64,000 nucleotides of DNA from Candidatus Altimarinota bacterium. Its GTDB lineage: Bacteria; Patescibacteriota; Gracilibacteria; BD1-5; UBA2023. Below the pieces are notes generated by a model. The model ran no database searches. It was not told the DNA's origin and saw only the letters and a program-made list of their open reading frames with translations. Location: assembly GCA_028277205.1 (NCBI GenBank), contig JANQGT010000004.1:40348-104347 (forward strand), written 5' to 3'. Below, piece after piece: positions 33,795 to 44,032 of this stretch. Position 1 is the stretch's first letter. Every line of letters begins with the position of its first letter. The position numbers and the translations under genes were made by a program.

Positions 33795-35483
33795 CTACAC
33801 CATAGGCGGCTGCGATGGCTGTGTGAGTGTCCAGACGTGCTCACCGATAGCGCGGATGCCGCCCTGGATGTCGCGGTGCATGAGTGTGATGGTCTCTTCG
33901 CGAGAGAGGCTCGGATCATAGAGCTTTGCAAATGTCTCGGCTCCGCCCCGCTGGCTCTGGATATAGCCAAAATGCGTAAGCAAATCCTTTTGCGCTGCGG
34001 GGAGATTTTCCGCATCCTCATGAGAGAGATTGACCATATCGGCTCCCGCATGCAGACAGTCGAGATATTTTCTCATGGAGGACTCTGGCGTACTGTCGAG
34101 ACCGCCGATCTGAAATGTCCCGATATTGTACCCGCTTCTCGGGTCGGGATTTCGTCGCCCGAAGACGAAAGCACCCTCGTGGTATCCGAGCGCGATCATG
34201 CGGGCGATACCGATACCCGATTCGTTTCCGTATTGTTTTTCAAATGCTATGAGCAGATCTGTCGCCGGACCCTCACCAAATACCGCTTCCGCCGCCGCTT
34301 TTCGTCCCTCGTAGTCGAGGTCGCCGACGGCATGTACCGCACGGATCGCCTCGGGCGATGCCGGGATTCCGAGCTTTCACTCCGCCGTCAGCTTCTTTGC
34401 GCGCTCGGCGATTTCACGATCATACTGGCTGTCCGTCAGCGGCTCGCCACCATTTGCCATCGTATCCCACATCCGCAGAGTGTCGGCGCGCTCACGGGAT
34501 CGCTCATCGTACAAACGAAGATCGTCCTCGTCGATCTCCCGCATTTCTCGAATCTCGATGCGCATCCCGTGAAATATCGGGAGGTATGCAAAATTGCCCG
34601 AGGAAATATCGTAGTATCCCGGTCGTTTTCCGGCGGTGGGCATCTGGGAGACACCGAGTGCCGCAAAGACTTTTCGATCAAGATCGGGATTTCCGGAGAT
34701 ACGAACCCCGACCCGATCACCGATGCGTACCGAGAGCACCGTCGGTGGTAGGATGTCTCCGGCGCCGATTTGCGCGTTTATTGCTTCGTTATTTCCGAAA
34801 TTTGTGACGAGCGTATCGCCGACTGCGAGACTTTGCGAAGTCGGTGTTTCCCGACGCCTCGCTCCCTCATACACCGTCAGAAATCGCACGAGATCCACAC
34901 CCGCGCGATCACGCAGCGCTCCGATATCGGACGCGAGCAGTGCTTCGAAATTTTCGCGCTCGGCAAGAAGCTCGCGTGCCTCGGGAGTCCCGGAGAGATT
35001 TTTATGAAAGCGAAATCGCGCCTCGCGATGCCATGCCATATCTGCCTCGAGGGCGCGTACTTCGATCGCATCGATGCGCTGCGTGATCGCCCGGAGTGCA
35101 GTCGAGAGCCGTGATCGGACCTCCGCTATATCCAGTCTATCGGAGACCCCTTTCCCGATCAGCCATTCCATAAATCCCGGCTCGAAATCCCGAAGCGTTT
35201 CTCTTAGTGCTGCAAGCGCCTCCTGCGCCTCCAGTCGCGCGTCGAGCTCCTCCAGAGCACGCTCCAGTTGCTCCCGCTGTTTACGCAGTCCGGCACTTTC
35301 CGCAAGCGGTTCTCGTGAGATCTCCGCCATTGCTCTCGCACCATGGAGTCTTCACTCCTGATCGGAATCGAGACCCTCGAATACTTTGCTCTCCGCAAAC
35401 CAAGAAGGTGGAGTCTCTTGGACAGAAGACAGAGCTTCTCTCTCGTCAACTCCCTCGGGAACACCCGCCTGTACTGCTGCCAT
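33795..35483 (-). CDS. Hypothetical protein (562 aa), no signal peptide, co-oriented with the SLT gene
   Basis: ORFs 34377..35330 and 33795..34199 join in frame across TGA. The N-terminus may be ATG 35483 (via TGA 35352) or ATG 35330. Confidence 0.55.
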
Positions 35484-35631
35484 ATGCTGTATGAGATAAT
35501 AGTGTGTTTGAAAATGCGTTTTCACTCTATCAGATATTTTTGAGGATTGCAAAAAAACACACTCGGCGCGCTTGTCATTTTACCCCGAGATGATACAATG
35601 CAGACTCATTCCCGTCTCTCAAATCTCTACC

Positions 35632-36411
35632 ATGCTTGCGATCCGCGATCTCGACGTCGCAGTGGGCGATCATACCGTCCTCTCCGATATAGAGCTCACA
35701 CTCCCGACGTGAGAGCTGTATTTTCTCATCGGAAAAAACGGCAGTGGAAAAAGCTCGCTCGCGCTCGCGGTCATGGGACATCCCCGCTACGAGATCATGC
35801 GCGGATCCATCACGCTCGGCAGCGAACCGATACACAATCTCCCTGCGGACGAGCGGAGTGCGCGCGGATTGTTTTTGTCGTTTCAGCATATCCCGGAGAT
35901 CCCCGGTATCCGCCTCGGCGAGTACCTGCGCACTATCGTAAATACCAGGATGAAACGGGACGATCCGGACGCAAAAGAGATCACTCCTTTCGTCTTTTCA
36001 CGCATGGTGCGTCCGCATCTGTCGGCGCTCGAGATTTCCGAGTCGTTTCTGGATCGGGATTTGCACGTCGGATTTAGCGGTGGAGAAAAGCGAAAAATCG
36101 AGTTTTTGCAGATGCGACTGCTGTCCCCATCGATCGTGATACTCGACGAGCTTGATTCCGGGCTCGACGCGCACGCACTGCAGACCATCGCCGAGCTCGT
36201 CACCGATGCGCGCAGTCCCGATACGACATTCTTGGTCATTTCGCACAATTTCGAGCTCCTAGATCGCCTGACTCCGGACCGGGTTGTTTTCATGGAGGCG
36301 GGACGCATCACCGGTATCGGAGGCAGAGAGCTGACCGACCGTCTGCGCGAAAATCAGCACAGTATCCAGCATCGCGACGAAAGCGAGATCACCGATTCGA
36401 TGCCGGTATAA
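35632..36411 (+). CDS. sufC: Fe-S cluster assembly ATPase SufC
   Basis: The Walker A motif GKNGSGKSS follows one TGA. ABC signature FSGGEKRK, Walker B ILDELDSGLD. Confidence 0.9.
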
Positions 36412-36425
36412 CACTATACAGTCCA

Positions 36426-37853
36426 ATGAACACCCCGGCAAGCATACTCGAAAAACCGGTATTTTCCGGTATATCCCGAAAATTATTTGATACGCGCGAC
36501 GATGTGTCGTATCGCGACGAGCTCTCACCCGGTCTCGATGAGTCGGTCGTCCGGCAAATCTCGGCGGCAAACGATGAGCCGGAATGGATGCTGGCACATC
36601 GCCTGGAGTCACTTCGGATTTTTCATGAAAAGCCGCTTCCGACGTGGGGTCCCGATCTCTCCGGTCTCGATCTCGGTGCTATCTGCTATCATGCCCGCGC
36701 CAGAGAAACCCGGGCAAATACGACCAGCTGGGATGACGTTCCGGAGAAAATCCGCGCGACATTCGACCGGCTCGGCATCCCAGAGGCAGAGCGCCGCATC
36801 CTGGCGGGTGTCGGCGCGCAGTACGACAGCGAGGCGGTGTACCATTCTCTCAAACAAGAGCTGCGAGACAAGGGCGTGATTTTCACGGATATGAGCATCG
36901 CCCTGCGAGAGCATGAAGAACTGGTACGACGATATTTCATGCGGTGCGTGCCGATGCACGATCACAAATTTGCGGCGCTCCATGGAGCGGTATGGAGCGG
37001 CGGGACATTTCTCTACGTGCCCGCGGGAGTGGTCATCGGCGAGCCTCTGCAGGCGTATTTTCGTATGAATGCGCGCGCCGGCGGACAATTCGAGCATACC
37101 CTCATCATCGCGGAAAAAGACTCGAGCGTCCACTACATCGAGGGATGCAGCGCCCCGAAATACGGCACGAGCTCGCTGCACGCGGGTCTAGTGGAGATCT
37201 TCGTCTGAGAGCGTGCGCACGTCCGCTACTCATCGGTGGAAAACTGGAGCGCGGATACGTACAATCTGAATACGAAACGAGCGCTCGTGGCAGACGACGC
37301 CTCGATAGAATGGGTGGGAGGAAATCTCGGCTCGGGCGTGACGATGCTCTATCCGTGCTCGGTGCTAAGGGGAGACCGATCGCGATCCAGCCATATCGGC
37401 ATCGCCGTCGCAAATGCTGGACAGCACACGGACACAGGCGCAAAGGTCATCCATATCGGACGCGATACGCGCTCGCGAGTGCTTTCAAAATCGCTCTCCA
37501 AAGCCGGAGGTATCTCGCTGTACCGCGGACTCCTGGATATAAAGCCGACTGCCGAAAACGCGGTCAGTGAAGTCCAGTGCGACGGACTGCTCCTGGACGA
37601 CATATCGCAAAATAATGCCTATCCCGATATCCGCGTACAAAACGCCACGGCGACAGTCGCACACGAGGCAACGGCGGGACGTCTGTCGGAGGAGATCCTG
37701 TTTTATCTGCAGAGTCGGGGACTCTCCGAGCTGCAGGCGCGCACGATGATCGTAAATGGCTTTCTGAGTCCCATCGTCTCCGAATTACCGCTTGAATACG
37801 CGGCGGAAATGAATATCCTCATCGCCATGGAAATGGAAGAGAGCGTCGTGTAG
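36426..37853 (+). CDS. sufB: Fe-S cluster assembly scaffold SufB
   Basis: ORFs 36426..37208 and 37236..37853 are in frame across TGA. Motifs: HYIEGCSAP, GRDTRSRVLSKS, HEATAGRLSEE. Confidence 0.9.
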
Positions 37854-37890
37854 CGCTCGTGCCTTTACTCCTGCATTCAGCTGACGTACA

Positions 37891-38346
37891 ATGGAAGACA
37901 TTCATCCCATCAAAGATTTCGTATTTCCCCCCATCGTCGATCTGCCGCCGTGAGCCTGGATGATCCTGGTGATCGTGATAGTATGTGTCGTGATCTCGTC
38001 AGCGCGGTGGCTTTTCCCGCTGCGTGCCCGCATCCTGACGACGAGTGATTTCATCCCGCTGTCCGTCATCCGCGAGCGCTATCTGGCAAAGCTGGCACGC
38101 ATACCCGACGATCATGTGCAAATGCTCGAGTCCGTACACCGTCTGGTACGCGCCTATCTCGCGGAGAGTCGGCACTATCCGAGTGCGCTGTCGCGCACCG
38201 GACGGGAGATGCGCGTCCTGTCCCAGAGCCAGTCGGTTCGCCGATTTGAAGAAGTGTATACCGCAAGTCGATTTGACGATACCCCTCTCGACGAGGAGGG
38301 GAGACGACGGTTTCGGCGGATGGCGGAGGATATCATCCTCCAGTAG
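37891..38346 (+). CDS. DUF4381-like small membrane protein
   Basis: MEDIHPIKDFVFPPIVDLPP(TGA)AWMILVIVIVCVV, the family-typical N-terminus plus one TM helix. Confidence 0.45.
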
Positions 38347-38512
38347 ACGGTATCAATCGGAAAACCCCATCAGAAGCGAATCCACTGTAGAATCGTGCAG
38401 TATATCCTATTTGAGGCATATACCGAGATTCGTATCTATCACCGCATTCATACGAAAATCGCAGTCCTCTCGGCATGAGAAACGGAAGGGCGTGATGAAT
38501 TCGAGGGGCAAT

Positions 38513-39682
38513 CTATCGAGTGCTCATGTCATTTTCCTCCCACACCCGCCACGCCTCCAGACGACGCAGATCCGATTTTAGGTCGTAGCCGACGAGTCTG
38601 TCATAGCCGAGTAGCAAATCGATCATTTCGGAAAATCGGGGATTTTCAGGGGTGGCGGTGTACGCCGTCTGCGGCGCAGTCATGACGACCACACCGGAGA
38701 GCGAGAGTCCATTTCCCCATGTGGCGAGGGCGATGTGGGATTTTTCATGAGCTGATTGCCGTATATGCGCGATGATACGCGCGTCAATCTCGCGTACGGC
38801 GATCCCGAGCGATGCGAAATCCGCAAGAGATGAAACCCGATCTCCCGGGATGAGCGAGCGAAACTCCAGTGACTCCAAAAATGCGATCGTCTCCGCGGAC
38901 TCCGTCGCCTCCGGACCGGGAGCGGCATAGTCTGACAGCTCGCAGGAAACCGGGACACGCACGTCGATCGTCGCCAGACGCTTCGAGAGAAATGCCTGTG
39001 CCTCGTACGCAGCAAGCATATCCCGGGTTTTCCCGGGAATGTCGTCGAGATTCGCATAGATATTTTCCAGGCTGCCGTACTCGCCGATCAGCACCGCCGC
39101 CTTTTTCGGTCCGATACCGGGGACGCCCGGGATATTGTCCGAGCTGTCACCGACGAGCGAGAGAAAATCCACGATGAATTCCGGCGCAACTCCAAATTTT
39201 TTCTCGGCGTCGGCGTATCCGAAAATCTGCGATTTCATCGGATCGTAGATGCGCACCCCGTCTCAGACAAACTGAAACAGGTCTTTATCCGAAGAGAGAA
39301 TGCGAATCTCGATACCGGATTTTTGGCACTGCGTGGCAAGCGTCCCGATAATATCGTCCGCCTCGTAGCCGTCCACCGACAGCACGCGAATGCCGAGCAC
39401 TCCAAGAAGCTGAAGTAAAAGCGACTCCTGCACGCGCAGATTGTCGGGCATGCGATCACGTGTACCCTTATAGTCGGGGGAGATGTCCGTACGAAAATTT
39501 TTTCTGCTGTCAAATACAACGACGAGCCCATCGGGACGCTCCTCCCGCAGGATGCGAAACAACACGCGAGCGAGTCCGAATACGGCATTTACGACGCGTC
39601 CGTCGCTGGTCGTAAACTCCGGCACGGCGTGAAAAAGCCGGTAGAGAAAGTGATGTCCGTCGAGGATATACAGTCGCGCCAT
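38513..39682 (-). CDS. DNA polymerase I N-terminal fragment: 5'-3' exonuclease (FEN) plus a degenerate, truncated 3'-5' exo-like region; no polymerase domain
   Basis: LYILDGHHFLYRLFHA, GYEADDIIGTLA, VGDSSDNIPGVPGIGPKKA (H3TH). It ends at a genuine TAG 38513..38515 after ...LVGYDLKSDLRRL. Confidence 0.8.
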
Positions 39683-39749
39683 ACGAAAAAACTCCCGAAT
39701 ACGGGAGTCAGTGTAGGGAGAAAAAGACGGAAGACAAGAGCAGTGAAAA

Positions 39750-40532
39750 TTACTCTTCTGAACAACTCGCATTTCGTTCTAAATAACTCGCATTTCGTCA
39801 TGTCAGCAGCTCTACACGTTCATCCGCTGAAAGATCGTCATAATCAGTATACATCGGCTCGTCTCATGCCCACCATGTGATTTTCATACCTTCTGTTTTC
39901 GCTCACTGCATAGTGACTTCATCGAAGGTCGCATCGACAAAATCCGAACCTCACAAATCCGCACCGGCAAAAGAGACAGAGACGAGCTCCGCTCTCCGGA
40001 AAATCGCCCCATGAAAAGAAGCCATCTCTCACGAAGCATTGACATCCTGTAAAAAAGCATCGGTAAAATCCGCGCCTCAAAAATCACCCGCCAGTCTCGT
40101 ATCCCATATCACAGCACCACAGAATCTCGTCTTCCTACAATTACACCCCGAGAGGTCCAGTCCATCGAGAACGAAACGACTCAGATCACATCATGAAAAG
40201 TCTTGTCAAGGCTCAATTGTACAAAGTCGAATATATACATAAGGACTCATCTGTCTCATCTGCAAAGCCTCTGCAAGATCCTGCGCCACGATAGGATTAC
40301 ACGGACTGCTTCATGGCGTTGCCTGCATTTCCATTTCTCATCATTGATCTTCGTTTGTCACATCTATTTTATCTATATCATCCATACCTCCGAATCATGT
40401 CATAATATCACGATACATCGCAGCATCCATCGCACTTGCCACATGCATTGTTAGCACCCAGCATCCTCAAGATCCTGGATTTGTATCGCCAAGCATATTC
40501 GCTCACCCGTCGAACCCATCTAAAACAGTCAT
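39750..40532 (-). CDS. Pentapeptide-repeat protein (visible only with UGA=Gly)
   Basis: The minus frame reads QDFSGCDLSRFVLDGLDLSGCNCRKTRFCGAVIWDTRLAGDFGGADFTDAFLQDVNASGEMASFHGAIFRRAELVSVSFAGADLGGSDFVDATF, with 14 TGA. The stop is TAA 39750..39752. The N-terminus is uncertain (ATG 40532, 40259 or 40250). Confidence 0.65.
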
Positions 40533-40598
40533 GAAAAGTAAAGATAAAGAGTATATTAAATGGCACTCTAGGGACTTTTCCGTGCGTGTCAAATTTTT

Positions 40599-42404
40599 TT
40601 ATTTCCCTCCTTTCTTGCGTTCATGCTCCTTTAGATACTTCTTTCGCAGACGGATATTCTCGGGGGTGATCTCCACATACTCGTCGTCGGCGATGTAGTC
40701 GAGCGCGTCCTCCAGCGTCATTTTTCTGATGGGGGTCAGACGCACCGCCTCGTCCGATCCGGACGCGCGCATATTCGTCAGTTGTTTTGCTTTCATGGGA
40801 TTGACGACGAGATCGCTTCATTTCAGGTGTTCGCCGATGATCATCCCCTCGTAGACCTCCGTCCCCGGCTCGATGAAAAGCGGTCCACGCTCCTCGAGAT
40901 TCCAGAGTGCGTACGCCGTCGACGTCCCCGTAAATCCGCTGATGAGCGAGCCGACTTCGCGCTTTGCGATGTCGCCGCGGTACTCGTCGTATCGCGCAAA
41001 TGAGCTGTACATGATCCCCTCTCCCTTTGTCTCGATGGTGAATACCGTCCGAAATCCGAGCAGTCCCCGCGTCGGCACCTCGAATCGCAGGGTCGTATTC
41101 ACACCATCCGATTGCATGTCTTGTACGATTCCCTTGCGTTTTCCCAGGTGCTCCATGACCGTCCCGCTCATCGCCTCGGGGACGATGATCGTCACGGACT
41201 CTATCGGCTCCAGGCGCTTGTGATTTTCCTCATGATAGATCACCTGCGGCGATCCGACCTGCAGCTCGTAGCCCTCGCGCCGCATTCCCTCGATGAGTAC
41301 CGACAGGTGCAGCTCTCCGCGTCCCGAGACCATGTATGTATTTTCCCCTGCATCAAAATCAACCTGCAGTCCCACATTCATCTCGAGCTCGCGCTCCAGG
41401 CGTTCGCGGATATTTCGCGATGTTACGTATTTTCCCTCCTTTCCCGCGAATGGCGAGTCATTGACCGTGAATTCCATTTTCAGTGTCGGCGGATCGATGG
41501 TGATGGCGGGCAGCGGCTCGGCATCCGGATCCGTCGTGATCGTCTCTCCTACGAAAATATCTGCGATCCCCGCGATCGTCACGATGTCGCCGGGAGCCGC
41601 CTCGGAAGTCTCCATTTTTTTGAGTCCCAGAGAGGTGAGCACCTTTGAGATTTTTGCATTTCTGCGATTGCCGTCATTGTCGATGACGGTGACCTGTTGT
41701 CCGGTTTTAGCGCTTCATTCGTACACGCGTCCGATCCCCATTCGCCCCAAAAAATTGTCATACGCGAGACTCGCGATCTGCATCCGGAGGGGCTTTTCCA
41801 CGTCGTTTGGTGCCTCGGGGACGTGTGCGAGGATCGTCTCAAACAGCGGCGAAATATCCCTTCGTTCGTCGGTGATCTCCCGCACGGCGATGCCGTCTCT
41901 CGCGATCGCGTATACGATGGGGAAATCAAGCTGCTCGTCTGTCGCCCCGAGCTCCGCAAAAAGATCGAATACTTCATTGATCACCTCATCGGGACGGGCG
42001 GTTGGTTTGTCGAGTTTATTGACCACGACGATCGGTCTGAGTCCGAGAGCGAGTGCTTTTCGCAGGACAAATTTCGTCTGAGGCATCGGACCCTCGTACG
42101 CATCCACGATCAGGAGTGCCCCATCCACCATCCGCAGTACGCGCTCCACCTCGGATCCAAAGTCCGCGTGCCCGGGAGTATCCACGATATTGATCTTTGT
42201 CTCGGCGTGCATGACCGCGGTATTTTTCGCGTAGATGGTGATACCGCGCTCGCGCTCCTGTGCGTCCGAATCCATGACGCAGATGTCCACCTGCTCGTTT
42301 TCACGAAATACGCCGCTTTGTTTCAGCAGGGCGTCGACGAGTGTCGTCTTTCCGTGGTCGACGTGGGCGATGATGGCGATATTTCGGATGGGGGTCGCGG
42401 GCAT
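40599..42404 (-). CDS. typA: Translational GTPase TypA/BipA
   Basis: [29 protein letters not shown]. Three same-frame ORFs join across two TGA. Confidence 0.95.
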
Positions 42405-42683
42405 TTTGGGAGAAAAATTATTGACAGGAGAGGGAGTATACGAATTTCATGAGAGTTTCAAAAGTTTTAGCACGACAGGGGTTTTTGCATACTCGCCTTG
42501 GATCAATTCGTACCTTTGAATTTTCAATCACATTCTCAACTCCATATATATACAGTGAATAATTCCAGCCGGTGGCAGAGGGCTTTGCGGAGGAGGTATG
42601 GACGATACTTCGTCCCGATTATTATGTGCTGGTCATACGCATCGGCAAAGTTCAACGCAAAGCCATTGTATAGAAAACCGATA

Positions 42684-42770
42684 CTTGCAAAACCCGCAAT
42701 ATTTCGTAGTATCGCCTTTTCGTTTTCAGCCCGCCCGTCATGAAATTCGCGCTCGTCCAGGGGAGTATGA
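42684..42770 (+). repeat. 87-bp direct repeat, left copy (promoter + 5'UTR + first 10 codons of the FMN-reductase gene, ending in a dead stub)
   Basis: It matches 43424..43510 with 4 mismatches. It contains TTGCAA-16-TAGTAT (42685..42712) and ATGAAATTCGCGCTCGTCCAGGGGAGTATGA. The stub reads MKFALVQGSMSHKI then stop. Confidence 0.85.
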
Positions 42771-42825
42771 GTCACAAAATATAATCTTTCATCATAGATG
42801 ATTTATGATAGAATGAATATGGTCA

Positions 42826-43422
42826 ATGTTGAAAGGTATTGACTGGGAAAGAGTAGTAATAGTCTGTGCCTTTATCTCATCAGCTGCGGCAGCTGCGTCT
42901 GCATATCTTTCCTTGGAAAATACAAAAATCACAATCAAAAAGTGGGAAAATGAAAGAGAGAAAGATCGTCCGTATTTTAGCGTACAGAATGCAATAATCG
43001 AAGGATCAGATCAGCAATGTTATAGGATAATTATCCCTTGTCATAATTTTGGTACCATCCCTGCACTGGATATTTCATGGAAAATATTTCTCATCGGTCA
43101 TGATTTTCGGTCTTGTATTCAAGATATCGAATCGTGTATCTATAAAAGCAATATTGCTCCAACGATGCCTTTCAAGCTTGTACTTGATAATTTTCAATTT
43201 CAAATATCCGAATCAGTAGTTCTTATTCATTGATTTTTTCTTGTACTGCAAATACAGTATACATCCTTTTTTCATGAGAAACAGTATTTACAAGAAATAT
43301 ATCTCAAATGGAACGGGGGACGAAAAGAAAATATAATGATGAATTTAGCAAACGTATCATACGAGGAGGGCATCAAGATAGATCGGTACCTGAAAAACAG
43401 AAGCCTACAGCAGACAGGATAA
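42826..43422 (+). CDS. Hypothetical single-pass membrane protein (198 aa) encoded on the AT-rich insert
   Basis: ORF 42826..43233 continues through one TGA to TAA 43420..43422, which is 1 nt before the right repeat. N-terminal TM helix VVIVCAFISSAAAAASAYLSL. Confidence 0.5.
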
Positions 43423-43423
43423 C

Positions 43424-43510
43424 CTTGCAAAACCCGCAATATTTCGTAGTATCGCCTTTTCGTCTTCAGCCTATCCGTCATGAAATTCGCGCTCGTCCAG
43501 GGGAGTATGA
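43424..43510 (+). repeat. 87-bp direct repeat, right copy (functional promoter and start of the FMN-reductase gene)
   Basis: See the left copy. TTGCAA-16-TAGTAT lies at 43425..43452. Confidence 0.85.
43425..43452 (+). promoter_or_regulatory. Candidate promoter of the FMN-reductase gene (duplicated at 42685..42712)
   Basis: TTGCAA-16 nt-TAGTAT, 28 nt upstream of ATG 43480. Confidence 0.4.
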
Positions 43511-44007
43511 ATCCGCACTCAAATACCGCGCTCCTCTGCGGTGAGATCAGAAATACTCTCCGAGAGCGAAATATCGATCATAGGTATTTCGATCTGAGAG
43601 AGCACGACTTTCCTATGGCGGGAGATTTTGGAGAGTATGGTCAAAACATTGCGAATATTCGTACGCAGTTTGGTGAGTGTTCGCACTTTCTCTTCGCCTT
43701 TCCGATTTATAATTATTCGGTCTCAGGTCCGTTTATGAATTTTCTCAATCTCATCGGTGACAAGCATGTTTTTGATATGAAGCCGTTTGGTATCATCGGT
43801 GTGAGTAGCGGCATTCGTTCGTGGCTCTCGGAGTACGACCTCGCAAAGCCCCTCGTGCTGCACGAGGGCGCGATCGCAGTCGGACCCATCGTGCACGCGT
43901 GGGCGGAGGATTTTCAGGATGTCGGCATCGGAAATCCGAAAGTCCTCGAAAAAGCGAACGAGCTCATAGACCGGCTCTCACGTCTCGATATTCGCCAGGG
44001 CGCATAG
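43480..44007 (+). CDS. NAD(P)H-dependent FMN reductase family flavoprotein
   Basis: MKFALVQGSMNPHSNT...FLFAFPIYNYSVSGPFMNFL matches the family pattern. Confidence 0.65.
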   Translation: MKFALVQGSMNPHSNTALLCGEIRNTLRERNIDHRYFDLREHDFPMAGDFGEYGQNIANIRTQFGECSHFLFAFPIYNYSVSGPFMNFLNLIGDKHVFDMKPFGIIGVSSGIRSWLSEYDLAKPLVLHEGAIAVGPIVHAWAEDFQDVGIGNPKVLEKANELIDRLSRLDIRQGA

Positions 44008-44032
44008 TCTCACTTTTTACTACATTTTTCGT

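Noticed and set aside
42536-42775. Minus-strand ORF of 79 aa (MTHTPLDEREFHDG...) between typA and the AT-rich insert.
   Set aside because: Its start lies inside the left 87-bp repeat, antisense to the duplicated promoter and gene start. It has no recognisable motif and is probably fortuitous.
42684-43510. The 87-bp repeat pair as the template and variable repeats of a diversity-generating retroelement.
   Set aside because: The four mismatches are T/C, C/T, G/A and C/T rather than adenine-specific. No reverse transcriptase is nearby. The repeats cover a promoter and gene start, not a C-terminal variable region.
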